DNA from: Nitrospirota bacterium
GTDB taxonomy: Bacteria; Nitrospirota; Nitrospiria; Nitrospirales; NS-4
Direction: 5' to 3'
Assembly: GCA_963788195.1 (NCBI GenBank)
Contig: CAWBGA010000001.1
Coordinates: 32,001 to 96,000 of the forward strand
Length of the DNA: 64,000 nucleotides
The notes below the pieces were generated by a model that did not search any database, was not told the DNA's origin, and saw only the letters and a program-made list of their open reading frames with translations. The translations under genes and the position numbers were made by a program. Positions 39,759 to 49,605 of this stretch are shown here, one piece after another. Within the stretch, counting starts at the first letter, position 1. Each line of letters starts with the position of its first letter.

Positions 39759-42431
39759 ATGGCTATCGATCCGGTCTGTGGCATGACGGTGGATGAACAC
39801 GACCCGGCTGCGACGACGGTGCACAACGGGACCACCTATTACTTCTGCGCGCCCGGCTGCAAACGCACCTTCGACGCTGATCCCGCCAGAGTTCTCGCGG
39901 AAGTCCCCAAGCCTATGGGAGTCATGGTCCCGGCGGCGCCGCAGATGATGATGCCGAAGCCTTCTACAGCTCGACGCACGACCGCGGATCGGGTGACGCT
40001 GATCCTTCCAATTGAGGGGATGTCGTGCGCTTCCTGCGTTGCGAAGATCGAGCAGGGGTTACGTCAACTGCCCGGCGTTATCGAAGCCGCAGTAAATCTC
40101 GCCACGGAAAAGGCCAAAGTGGAATATGAGCCGCATCGAACCACACCGACTGCGATCCAAGACAAGATCCGGAGCCTGGGGTTTACGCCAATCACTCCCG
40201 CTGTTCGGAAAGAGTTCGAGACCCTGACCATTCCGATCGAGGGCATGTCCTGCGCTTCGTGCGTTGCCAAGCTCGAGGAAGGCCTGGCCGCGGTACCGGG
40301 TGTCAAAAGAGCGGCAGTCAACCTGGCGACCGAAAAGGCGACAGTGGACTATCGACCTGTCGTGACGAGTCCTGCCGAAATCCAAGAAGCAATTCGCCGC
40401 TTGGGCTATACCCCGCTCATATCGATCGCCAATGCCGATAAGATTCCCGCGGCCGAGGACCACCAGCGGGCGGCATACCGTCGGCTTCAGGTGCGCTTCT
40501 ATGTCGCAGCGGCGCTGACCATCCCGATTATGTTACTCGGCATGGCCGATCATCTCGGGCTTCCCGTTGCACCGTCCCTGTCAGCGTGGGTGCAACTGCT
40601 GTTGACGGCGCCAATTCTATTTTGGGCCGGCCGGCAATTCTATAAGGGGGCGATCGCCGCCGCTCGCCGGGGCTCAGCCGATATGAATACCTTGATCGCG
40701 CTGGGAACCACAGCAGCCTATGGCTACAGCCTGGCCGTCACGGTCTTTCCCGCTGCCTTCACCGTGGGCGGTGCCACTCCTCCCGTTTATTTTGACTCGG
40801 CGGCGGCGATAATCACATTGATCTTACTGGGCCGGATGCTCGAAGCCCGGGCCAAAAGCCGTACGTCCCAAGCTATCACCAGCCTGCTTGGTCTTAGACC
40901 CAAGCTGGCGCACGTGATTCGTAGTGAGCAGGAACTGGAACTGCCCATAGAAGACGTCAAGGTCGGGGATGTCGTTGTGGTCCGACCAGGGGAAAGAATT
41001 CCGATGGACGGCGTTATTGACGAGGGCACCTCAACAGTGGATGAGTCGATGCTGACCGGCGAATCGATGCCGGTGGATAAACGTCCCGGCGATCCGGTGA
41101 TCGGGGGCACACTGAATCAATCGGGGAGCTTTCGGTTTGTGGCAAGCAAGGTCGGCGCCGACACGGTTTTGGCGGGGATCGTCCGGTTAGTGGAAGAGGC
41201 GCAAGGCTCGAAACCCCCGATCGCCAGGTTTGTCGATCGCGTCGCCGCGGTTTTTGTTCCCATCGTGATTGGAATCGCCTTCATCACGTTTGCGTTGTGG
41301 TTCGCCTTTGGACCGGAACCGGCCTTTTCGTGGGCGCTCCTGAACGCTGTTGCCGTCCTTATTGTCGCCTGCCCCTGTGCTCTTGGGTTAGCCACTCCGA
41401 CCTCTATTATGGTCGGGATTGGACGGGGGGCCGAAGAGGGGATTCTGTTTCGAGGCGGCGAGGCGCTTGAGGGAGCAGGTCGGGTCACGACAGTTCTTCT
41501 GGACAAGACGGGAACATTGACGCAGGGCCAACCGTCCCTGAGGGAGATCATCGCACGGGATGCTGATTGGAACAGAGAGACAATCCTTCGGCTCGCAGCC
41601 TCGGCGGAGCAACTTTCGGAACATCCCCTCGGCCAGGCGATTGTAAAGGCGGCTCGCGCCGCAGCCATGAGTCTGGAGCCTGCGAAGGAATTTAAGGCCA
41701 TTCCCGGCCATGGTGTCCAGGCTCGTGTACAGGATCATCTGGTGCGTATCGGGAATCTTCGGATGATGGTCACGGAGCGCCTCCCGCTGGGTGGATGGGA
41801 GGAAGCTGAGTCGGAGAAGTTAGCCATGGCGGGCATGATCCCGATGTTCGTGGCCGTCGATCACAAAATAGTCGGCGTCATTGCAGTTGCAGATAGTCTG
41901 AAAGAAGGGTCCCGGGACGCGGTGCAAGAGCTGAAACGGATGGGCCTTCACGTTCTCATGGTCACAGGAGACACCCACTCGAACGCGATCGCCATCGCGC
42001 GGGAGGTCGGCATTGACAGGGTACTCTCTGAAGTCCTGCCAGACGGGAAAGTCGCCGAGGTGAAACGCTTACAACGCGAAGGAAAGCGGGTCGCAATGGT
42101 GGGCGACGGCATCAACGATGCGCCCGCCCTTGCGCAAGCCGATATCGGGATTGCCATCGGCGCCGGAGCTGACATTGCAATTGAGGCGGCGGACATTACC
42201 CTGATTGGGCAGGATGTGCGCGGGATCGTCAAGGCGATCGCGCTCAGCCGCGCGACCATGATGAACATTAAGCAGAATCTTTTCTGGGCGTCGATTTATA
42301 ACATCGTGCTGATTCCCGCCGCGGCCCTCGGCTGGCTGAATCCCATTCTGGCCGCCGGTGCCATGGCCTTGTCCTCGGTGAGCGTCGTCAGCAATGCTCT
42401 GCGCCTCCGATACTTCAATAGAACATCGTAA
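39759..42431 (+). CDS. copA: Cu(I)-translocating P1B-type ATPase with YHS and two HMA domains
   Basis: DPVCGM...FCAPGC, two [29 protein letters not shown] and MALSS. Confidence 0.95.
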   Translation: MAIDPVCGMTVDEHDPAATTVHNGTTYYFCAPGCKRTFDADPARVLAEVPKPMGVMVPAAPQMMMPKPSTARRTTADRVTLILPIEGMSCASCVAKIEQGLRQLPGVIEAAVNLATEKAKVEYEPHRTTPTAIQDKIRSLGFTPITPAVRKEFETLTIPIEGMSCASCVAKLEEGLAAVPGVKRAAVNLATEKATVDYRPVVTSPAEIQEAIRRLGYTPLISIANADKIPAAEDHQRAAYRRLQVRFYVAAALTIPIMLLGMADHLGLPVAPSLSAWVQLLLTAPILFWAGRQFYKGAIAAARRGSADMNTLIALGTTAAYGYSLAVTVFPAAFTVGGATPPVYFDSAAAIITLILLGRMLEARAKSRTSQAITSLLGLRPKLAHVIRSEQELELPIEDVKVGDVVVVRPGERIPMDGVIDEGTSTVDESMLTGESMPVDKRPGDPVIGGTLNQSGSFRFVASKVGADTVLAGIVRLVEEAQGSKPPIARFVDRVAAVFVPIVIGIAFITFALWFAFGPEPAFSWALLNAVAVLIVACPCALGLATPTSIMVGIGRGAEEGILFRGGEALEGAGRVTTVLLDKTGTLTQGQPSLREIIARDADWNRETILRLAASAEQLSEHPLGQAIVKAARAAAMSLEPAKEFKAIPGHGVQARVQDHLVRIGNLRMMVTERLPLGGWEEAESEKLAMAGMIPMFVAVDHKIVGVIAVADSLKEGSRDAVQELKRMGLHVLMVTGDTHSNAIAIAREVGIDRVLSEVLPDGKVAEVKRLQREGKRVAMVGDGINDAPALAQADIGIAIGAGADIAIEAADITLIGQDVRGIVKAIALSRATMMNIKQNLFWASIYNIVLIPAAALGWLNPILAAGAMALSSVSVVSNALRLRYFNRTS

Positions 42432-42434
42432 ATA

Positions 42435-42462
42435 TTTACACTTCCATTAATTGCAGTATAAT
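42435..42462 (+). promoter_or_regulatory. Sigma-70 promoter
   Basis: TTTACA-16 nt-TATAAT upstream of 42504. Confidence 0.6.
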
Positions 42463-42503
42463 GCTATAACGCATTGTAGCACCGGAGAAGTGTCTCAGGC
42501 GTT

Positions 42504-43241
42504 ATGACAATCATTATCCCCAGCTATTTCAACCACATCCTGGCCGTGCTTGGTCTTTTGCTTGTCTGGAAGCTTCATGCGCTCCAGGTCCGGATGGGGC
42601 GCATCCAGGCGGTGGATTTCTGGGCTCGCGCCGGCATCCGCATGTTTATTCATATCACCCCGACCGATGCGAAGGCCTGCCCTGCATGCGTAGAGGCGAG
42701 CGGCATGGTCTTTCATCCCTCTGCTGTTGTTAAAAAAAAGTTCAAACCGTTAAGCAAGCCGTGTACGAGCCCGAGCGCTTGCCGATGTCTCCTAGTTGGC
42801 CTCTATGGCGGGTGGCCTGATGCTCAAGGTCTTCTCTCGAGACTTGCCAAGTCAAAAACGCTGCAACTCTCGGGCGAGGATTTGAAACAACTGCTGGGAG
42901 GCCCCTGGGAACGGCACCATGGGGCGTCGGGCGACCGGATCCCGGTGCATCTGCTCGAGGCGATGCAGATGGAGGCGAGCGATCCGGAGGGCGCGATCTT
43001 TCGGTATCGATTTATTCAAGAGAATGCCCGGAGGGAGCGTGACTTCCCTTTTGTCGTGCACTCCTTTATGCGTCAGAGCGATCTGTTAGAGACGGCGGGT
43101 CGTCGTCGGGAAGCCCTTGCCGTAATCGAGCAATTTCTCAAAGTCTACCAGACCAAGAAAAAGACACTGAATCTCGCGAGTGATAACAGCTACAACGCCA
43201 TGTCCAAGCGCAAAGCGTTGCTCCTCGCTGCGCTCCGGTAG
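42504..43241 (+). CDS. Membrane-anchored CxxC/CRC-motif protein, paralog 1
   Basis: N-terminal TM, ACPAC, PCTSPSACRC, helical C-terminus; GGAG RBS. Confidence 0.8.
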   Translation: MTIIIPSYFNHILAVLGLLLVWKLHALQVRMGRIQAVDFWARAGIRMFIHITPTDAKACPACVEASGMVFHPSAVVKKKFKPLSKPCTSPSACRCLLVGLYGGWPDAQGLLSRLAKSKTLQLSGEDLKQLLGGPWERHHGASGDRIPVHLLEAMQMEASDPEGAIFRYRFIQENARRERDFPFVVHSFMRQSDLLETAGRRREALAVIEQFLKVYQTKKKTLNLASDNSYNAMSKRKALLLAALR

Positions 43242-43261
43242 AACGCACTGGTTCGACGCTC

Positions 43262-44017
43262 ATGTCGTATCTGCACATCCCGGATTTCATCCCTTATTTT
43301 CTGGCGATTTTGGCCCTCCTGCTGCTGTGGAAATTCCATACTCTGCAAGTCCGGATAGGTCGCATTCACGCCATGGACATCTGGGATCGCTCCGGCATAC
43401 GCATGTTCATCTACGCGACACCTCGCGACAATGGGGCGTGTCCAGCCTGTCGTGCGGCCGATGGACGCGTCTTTTTGTCTTCGCTGGTCGCCGCAAAGAA
43501 GTTCAGTGCGATGTCGTCTCCCTGTACGAACCCTTCCGGGTGCCGCTGCTTTTTGGTCGGCGTCTACGGCGGATGGCCGGAAGCTCAGGCGCTGTTCGGA
43601 CTCTTAAAAGCGCAGTCGGGAATGGTCCGACTGTCTCAAGACGATCTCATTGCGCTCGTAAACGGCCGCGGCCGGCCCGGGCCGGGTGCCTCGGCCGATG
43701 AGGTCTCAGGACGATTACTGGAAGCGCTTCTTGACGAGGGCAGCGATCCTGATGCGGCCATTCTTGGATATCACTACATCATCGAGCACGCCGAGAGGGA
43801 GAGCGATGTGTTGTGTGTGATTCCGTCGTTTTTCAGGGTAAGCGATTTGCTGGAGAGGGTGGGCCGTCCTGCGGACGCACTGCCGATCGTGGAGCGGTTT
43901 TTGACAGAATATGATCGCCGCTCCGGCACGGCGGCGACCGAGTCACAGCTGGTTATGATGAAAGCCCGGCAAACACGCCTCCGGATGACGATTAAGCTCG
44001 CCGCGGCAAATCCCTAG
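43262..44017 (+). CDS. Membrane-anchored CxxC/CRC-motif protein, paralog 2
   Basis: N-terminal TM, ACPAC, PCTNPSGCRC. Confidence 0.8.
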   Translation: MSYLHIPDFIPYFLAILALLLLWKFHTLQVRIGRIHAMDIWDRSGIRMFIYATPRDNGACPACRAADGRVFLSSLVAAKKFSAMSSPCTNPSGCRCFLVGVYGGWPEAQALFGLLKAQSGMVRLSQDDLIALVNGRGRPGPGASADEVSGRLLEALLDEGSDPDAAILGYHYIIEHAERESDVLCVIPSFFRVSDLLERVGRPADALPIVERFLTEYDRRSGTAATESQLVMMKARQTRLRMTIKLAAANP

Positions 44018-44079
44018 GCATGCCCTGTACAACACACTAAGGGACGTGCTATAAGTATAGACACCAACTGGAGACCGCA

Positions 44080-44865
44080 GTGGACATCCATATCCCTGAT
44101 CTTATTCCCTATTTCCTTTCCTTACTGGGCTTGCTACTGATCTGGCAAATGCATGAGATACAGGTGCAAGCGGGCCGGATCGATGCGATGGATTTCTGGG
44201 TCGTCTCCGGAATTCGGTTCTTTCTCTACGGGACGCCCTGTGACACCTCAGCGTGCCGCGCCTGCCGAAGCGCCCATGGCATTGGGTTCCTTCCCGCTTT
44301 TGTCGCCTCAACAAGCTTTCGAGAACAGATTCCCAAATGCGGCAATCCCATCGGCTGTCGGTGCCTGTTGGTAGGATTCTATGGCGCCTGGTCGGAGGCA
44401 GAGCAAGCGCGCAAGCAGCTCAAATGGAAGACTTCCAAGATTCAGTTGAACGACGATCAACTCCAACTCTTTGTTGAAGGGGGAAAGACCCGGCGCGCTG
44501 GCTTCAGCGCGGACAGGATTTCGCTGATCTTGCTCGAGGCGATGCAACTGGAAAAGACGGATCCGAAAGCAGCGATCAATCGTTATCGCTTTGTGGTTGA
44601 GGAAGCTCAAGAAAGAAGAGATTTGCCGTTCGTCATTTCGGCGTACCTCCGGCTCAGTGAACTGCTGGAATCCGTCGGCGATGATCAGGAGGCCTGCGAA
44701 GTCGTCAGTAACTTCCTAGAGCGGTACCACCGTCGCAAAAGAGGCCTGCGGCTTCGCCGTGGTGAGCGCTATCGCCCGACCGAAAGCCAGCTGGCCATGA
44801 TGACCACCCGCCACACGCGCCTCGAAGCCCGTATCGGGACTTCGGACGCTACAGCGACCGCTTGA
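44080..44865 (+). CDS. Membrane-anchored CxxC/CRC-motif protein, paralog 3
   Basis: N-terminal TM, ACRAC, KCGNPIGCRC; GGAG RBS. Confidence 0.8.
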   Translation: MDIHIPDLIPYFLSLLGLLLIWQMHEIQVQAGRIDAMDFWVVSGIRFFLYGTPCDTSACRACRSAHGIGFLPAFVASTSFREQIPKCGNPIGCRCLLVGFYGAWSEAEQARKQLKWKTSKIQLNDDQLQLFVEGGKTRRAGFSADRISLILLEAMQLEKTDPKAAINRYRFVVEEAQERRDLPFVISAYLRLSELLESVGDDQEACEVVSNFLERYHRRKRGLRLRRGERYRPTESQLAMMTTRHTRLEARIGTSDATATA

Positions 44866-45649
44866 GAGCAGCAGCGCCTGCCGGCGCATCCTGGGGGAGC
44901 GACAGTAGCCCCCGTGACACATCCCGTTCTGCGGCCGCATAACGCTCCGGTGTTCCTATATCGGACCAATACCCTTCCATCCGGTAGCCGGCCACGCGCT
45001 GTCTCTGCCGCAGCAGTTCAATATAGACGTCAATAATAGAGCCGGGACCTGGGGGGATGGCATCCACGACGGCGGGCTCCAGGACATGTGCGCCGGAGAA
45101 CATGTACCCTCCGGAGCCCACAGTGTCTGTGGCCGGCTGAGGGCCCGCTGTGGTGAGGTGATCTTCAATCGGTGGTTCCCCCCGAATTTGAAGGATTCGC
45201 GAATCGTCAGCCAATGTTACAGCGCCCCATTGCGACGCGAGGGGGTCTGCACGAAGTGCGAGAGTCGCAAAGGCTTGAGATGCGACGTGGGTTTTGAGGA
45301 GCATTGTAAGGTCGCAGGCCGAAAGGGTGTCACCGTTCAACACGAGACACGGGCTATTTTCAAAATAGGGCTGAGCCTGTCTGATGCCGCCTCCGGTGCC
45401 GAGTATTATCGGTTCGTGGGAGTATGCTAATCGCATCCCGTAGCGGGAACCATCACCTAACGCCTCAACAATCTGATCGCCACGGTAATGGAGATTGATG
45501 AGCGCGTCGGTAATACCATGTTGCCTGAGGAGCAGAAGATTCCAGACGACGAGAGGATACCCTCCGACCGGCAGCAGCGGTTTGGGGATTGTCTCGGTCA
45601 ACGGTCGCAGACGGATTCCATAACCGGCTGCGAGGATCATGGCTTTCAT
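44849..45649 (-). CDS. murU: Nucleotidyltransferase (MurNAc-1P uridylyltransferase-like)
   Basis: MKAMILAAGYGIRLRPLT..PKPL, GTGGG, WSDIGT; downstream of amgK. Confidence 0.8.
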   Translation of the reverse strand: MKAMILAAGYGIRLRPLTETIPKPLLPVGGYPLVVWNLLLLRQHGITDALINLHYRGDQIVEALGDGSRYGMRLAYSHEPIILGTGGGIRQAQPYFENSPCLVLNGDTLSACDLTMLLKTHVASQAFATLALRADPLASQWGAVTLADDSRILQIRGEPPIEDHLTTAGPQPATDTVGSGGYMFSGAHVLEPAVVDAIPPGPGSIIDVYIELLRQRQRVAGYRMEGYWSDIGTPERYAAAERDVSRGLLSLPQDAPAGAAALKRSL

Positions 45650-45719
45650 AACTGACGCCGCATCAGTTTCTCGTTGCAAGAAGAGGCGCGCGGGATAGCG
45701 TTTTTCCTCTTGTAAAGCC

Positions 45720-46799
45720 TCATTGGAGTTCGGGGACGTGACGTGCCAGCGCTTTGCGTAACGGGTGCAGAGCGGGATACCGAAGCAAGTTGCGTTTGAC
45801 GTTCGCGAGAGTACGAGGGAGGTACTGAAGATACCGATCGTTGTTCTTTTCCGCGAGGATGTACACGAACCGCCCTGCGGCCTTCAAATTGCGCTGTATG
45901 CTTGTCATGTCGAACAGGCGCATAAACTGCACACGATCCAGTGGAGCGCCGAATTTTGCCCTCACCTCGAGATAGCGCACGACCAACTCCTCAATAAGCT
46001 CTTCGGGAAGAGACACGTAGGAATCCCGGAGCAGCGATGCGAGATCATAACTCGCAGGCCCCATCAGGGCATCCTGAAAGTCGATGACCCGCAACCGTCC
46101 ATCCAGTACCATAAGATTGCGACTGTGATAGTCCCGATGTGTAAAGATGCGTGGCTGGGTTGCGAGGAGTTCTGCGATTTTCTGCATCTCAGCCCGAATC
46201 GTCCGGGCCTCTGCTTCAGCCAGCGTGATCCCCGTCCGTCGCTCTATTCCATACCCGATGAAATGGTTGAATTCCCACATCAGCAACGGCACGTCAAACG
46301 CGCGACCGAAAGCAAGGCAGGCGGCATCAGCAGGAAATGACGCCTTGAGGTGCAGGCGAGCGAGCGCTTCGACTGCGTCGCGATAGAGCTCGGAAGTGTC
46401 AGGGGTCGTGCCCTCTTGCGAGGCTAAAGCCAGCGTCACATCGCCAAGATCTTCGAGGTACAACAGTCCGGCCGTTTGATCATAATAGTGCAGCTCTGGA
46501 ACGGCGACATCGGCTTTCGTGAGATGTCTCAAAATGTTCACGAACGGCAATTCGGTGACTACTGGCGCGTGCTGGCTCACTGCTTCTTCTGACTGCTTAA
46601 AGGCGTCTGGAGAGGACAGTTGCATGAGCACGAGAGAATGAGGAGGCCCACCGGACAGTTGAAGCCGGAAGTATCGGCGGTTCGAGGCATCCCCTGCGAG
46701 GGGGGCCAAGTGTGTGAGTTCGGTTCTGAATGAGAGTTTGTTACGGAGCGTGTCTGACACGCGCTCCGGGTCAGGGGTCGGGGGAATGGTGGCGGTCAT
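45720..46799 (-). CDS. amgK: Anomeric MurNAc/GlcNAc kinase-like phosphotransferase
   Basis: LAGDASNRRYFR, LEDLGD, HRDYHSRNLM, IDFQDA, QRNLKAAG. Confidence 0.85.
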   Translation of the reverse strand: MTATIPPTPDPERVSDTLRNKLSFRTELTHLAPLAGDASNRRYFRLQLSGGPPHSLVLMQLSSPDAFKQSEEAVSQHAPVVTELPFVNILRHLTKADVAVPELHYYDQTAGLLYLEDLGDVTLALASQEGTTPDTSELYRDAVEALARLHLKASFPADAACLAFGRAFDVPLLMWEFNHFIGYGIERRTGITLAEAEARTIRAEMQKIAELLATQPRIFTHRDYHSRNLMVLDGRLRVIDFQDALMGPASYDLASLLRDSYVSLPEELIEELVVRYLEVRAKFGAPLDRVQFMRLFDMTSIQRNLKAAGRFVYILAEKNNDRYLQYLPRTLANVKRNLLRYPALHPLRKALARHVPELQ

Positions 46800-46809
46800 T
46801 AACCCTGGA

Positions 46810-47295
46810 TTATACCCGGTTCCTTGGCTCAGGAAAATCCTCAACCCTATTTCCCCGCGGCTCGACGTGCGCCCAGCTCCAAGCCCCCACCACTGATCCC
46901 ATCCAGTCCGCAACGAGATCCCACACACTGGAGTCGCGCAGTGGAACAAAGGCTTGGTGAAATTCATCCGTCAGGCCGTAGACCGTTGAGGCCGCGATCG
47001 CAAGGATCGCAGCGTGTGCCGCAGACCACGTATTCCCTGCGTATCGAAAGGCCCGATACGTCAGAATTGCCAGGACGCCGTACTCAACCGCGTGTAGAGC
47101 CTTATCCGCGTAGGGGATCGGCAGAGCAGGAACGTACACGTCGGGCTCTGACAAGGAAGACAGAAAGAAAATCAACGCGGCATAGAGGGCGACTGGAGTC
47201 CAGTACAACCAACGAGGAGAACGAAAGCGTTCCACTATACGTGAAGACACTCCATGACGCGCCCTAAGCATACCGTGGTTTCTGTGTTGGGACAA
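46810..47295 (-). CDS. VanZ-family membrane protein
   Basis: IFFLSS, DKALHAVEYGVL, DEFHQAFVPLR...DLVAD. Confidence 0.85.
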   Translation of the reverse strand: MSQHRNHGMLRARHGVSSRIVERFRSPRWLYWTPVALYAALIFFLSSLSEPDVYVPALPIPYADKALHAVEYGVLAILTYRAFRYAGNTWSAAHAAILAIAASTVYGLTDEFHQAFVPLRDSSVWDLVADWMGSVVGAWSWAHVEPRGNRVEDFPEPRNRV

Positions 47296-47378
47296 TTACT
47301 TAATCCGCCTGCAGCCGAAAAAGTTCATCCTCGATTTCTTGACCGGTTCTGTAGACGGGTGCTAGGTTGATGCCACAC

Positions 47379-49604
47379 ATGAGAACGGTCGCTGTCGCAT
47401 TCCTCTGGCATCTACATCAACCTTATTACACGGATCCTCTGACACACACCTCGCCCTTCCCATGGGTACGGCTCCATGCGACGAAAGGCTATTTTGATAT
47501 GGGCGTGCTGTTGGAAGAGCATCCGGAGATGCGGGCCACTGTCAATCTTACACCGTCGCTTCTTCTCCAGATTCAGGAACAGACTCAGGGAACCGTGCAG
47601 GACGCGTTTTTCTTGCACGCTGCCTGCCCCGCTGCGGATTTGAGTGCCGAACAGGGAGCGTTCATTCTGCGACACTTCTTTGCCGCTAATTGGGACACCA
47701 TGATCAGGCCGCACGATCGATACCACAGCCTGCTCATTCAACGGGGTCCTCAGATTCCGGCCGGAGATGTGAAGCCACTGACGACTCGGTTTTCCACGCA
47801 GGATTTTCTGGACCTGCAGGTGTGGCACAATCTGGCATGGTTTGGGCACCGAGCCGTGGCCCGCTATCCTGCCTTAAGAGAACTGATCACCAAGGGACGC
47901 CAATTCAGCGAAGCTGACAAGCATGAGGTGCTTGCTACGCAAAGGCAAGTACTGGCACAACTCATCCCATTGTTCAGGCGACTTGCCGATAGCGGCCAAG
48001 TGGAGCTGTCGACAACGCCATTCTTTCACCCGATCATCCCCCTGCTGATCAATACCGACCTCGCCCGAAGATCGCGTCCTGAAGACACCCTTCCGGCCCC
48101 TCTCCCTCAGCCGGAAGATGCTCGTGAGCAGCTTCGCATGGCCGTCGAATATCACAACTCGCTCTTCGGGCGCAGACCGGTGGGGATATGGCCATCTGAG
48201 GGCTCGGTATGTCCCGAGATGGTCCCGATGTTAAATGAGCTTGGCGTGCAATGGACCGCAACCGATGAAGGAGTCCTTGCCGCTTCCTGCGAGAGATGGG
48301 ATCGGGACGTTCAGCTCTATCGGCCTTACCTCTTCTCCAGGGAGGGACGTGAGATCGCGCTGTTCTTCCGTGATCGGGAGATCTCGGACGCCGTCGGATT
48401 TATCTACGCGCGTAATGATCCCCGTGCCGCCGCCGCAGATTTCAGCGGTCGGTTGGCCGCCATCGCTGAGCGCTCCCCAGAAGAGCGTCCATTGGTGTCG
48501 GTCATTCTGGATGGCGAAAATCCGTGGGAATATTATCCAGACGGCGGCGAAGCCTTTCTCAGGACCCTTTATACAAGCATGATTCAGGGTCGACAGGGAG
48601 CGATCGAGTTTCAAACCGTTACGCCCCAGCGTGAGCTTCTGGAGCACCCGCCCACGAGTCGCTTGGAACGGCTACATACCGGATCGTGGATCAATGCTGA
48701 GCTTCGAATTTGGATCGGTCACCCTGAGGACAACAACGCCTGGGAGTGCCTGGGTCGGACTCGCCGCTTTCTGCTTGCTGAACAACATCGAGCAGGCAGA
48801 CCAGAGGAGATGGTTCAAGCAGCCTGGAATGAGCTCTACGCGGCCGAGGGCAGCGACTGGTTTTGGTGGTATGGGGATGAGTTTGTCACCGAACATAAGA
48901 GTACCTTCGATGAGTTGTTCCGGATGCATTTGGCAAACGTCTTTCGGCTCCTGCAGAAGGATGTCCCGGAGTTTCTGAGGCAGCCGATATGGCGCCAGCA
49001 GAGCCTGGAATCGACGGTGCAACAACCCGTGTCATTGATTGCGCCGCGCATCGACGGGATCGTTACTGATTTTTATGAATGGCGGGGGGCCGGTTACATT
49101 GAAGGACAATCCCCACAGGGTGCCATGTACAAACGGCCCGCGCTTCTGCGCCGGGTGTACTTTGGCTTCGATCTGGAGCATCTTTATCTGCGGTTCGATC
49201 CGGTCGATCTTTTCTATAAGCCTCCTCCCGTGGAAAGCGAGAACCCACCGGCTGAAACTATGAACGGCATGGCCGGCCGCATGGTGCAGGTTCAGTTTTT
49301 GGAACCGAATCATATACAACTTGTGTTCGCGGTGAGTGAGACGGAGCCGGACCACTTTTCATTGTTCAAAAGCGCCGACGGTGCCAGCTTTTTTCACGCC
49401 GGGACGTACGAGACCATTCGAAGCAAGAAAATTATTGAACTGATGGTGCCGGTCAAAGACCTCGGATTCAGTCAAGGGTCCATGATGCACCTGGTGATTA
49501 AAGTCTTGGAGGGCGGGCTCGAGTCAGAACGTCTGCCCACATATGGCCCGCTCACCGTGCGCGTGCCGGACGAGACGTTCGAGGCGACGATGTGGAAGGC
49601 ATGA
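47379..49604 (+). CDS. Glycoside hydrolase family 57 (amylopullulanase-like)
   Basis: WHLHQPYY, PWVRLH, WPSEGS, ILDGENPWE, AEGSDWFWW. Confidence 0.92.
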   Translation: MRTVAVAFLWHLHQPYYTDPLTHTSPFPWVRLHATKGYFDMGVLLEEHPEMRATVNLTPSLLLQIQEQTQGTVQDAFFLHAACPAADLSAEQGAFILRHFFAANWDTMIRPHDRYHSLLIQRGPQIPAGDVKPLTTRFSTQDFLDLQVWHNLAWFGHRAVARYPALRELITKGRQFSEADKHEVLATQRQVLAQLIPLFRRLADSGQVELSTTPFFHPIIPLLINTDLARRSRPEDTLPAPLPQPEDAREQLRMAVEYHNSLFGRRPVGIWPSEGSVCPEMVPMLNELGVQWTATDEGVLAASCERWDRDVQLYRPYLFSREGREIALFFRDREISDAVGFIYARNDPRAAAADFSGRLAAIAERSPEERPLVSVILDGENPWEYYPDGGEAFLRTLYTSMIQGRQGAIEFQTVTPQRELLEHPPTSRLERLHTGSWINAELRIWIGHPEDNNAWECLGRTRRFLLAEQHRAGRPEEMVQAAWNELYAAEGSDWFWWYGDEFVTEHKSTFDELFRMHLANVFRLLQKDVPEFLRQPIWRQQSLESTVQQPVSLIAPRIDGIVTDFYEWRGAGYIEGQSPQGAMYKRPALLRRVYFGFDLEHLYLRFDPVDLFYKPPPVESENPPAETMNGMAGRMVQVQFLEPNHIQLVFAVSETEPDHFSLFKSADGASFFHAGTYETIRSKKIIELMVPVKDLGFSQGSMMHLVIKVLEGGLESERLPTYGPLTVRVPDETFEATMWKA

Positions 49605-49605
49605 C

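Noticed and set aside
42504..44865. Prophage remnant suggested by the MuF-like motif
   Set aside because: No portal, terminase, capsid or integrase genes nearby, and the proteins carry N-terminal membrane anchors
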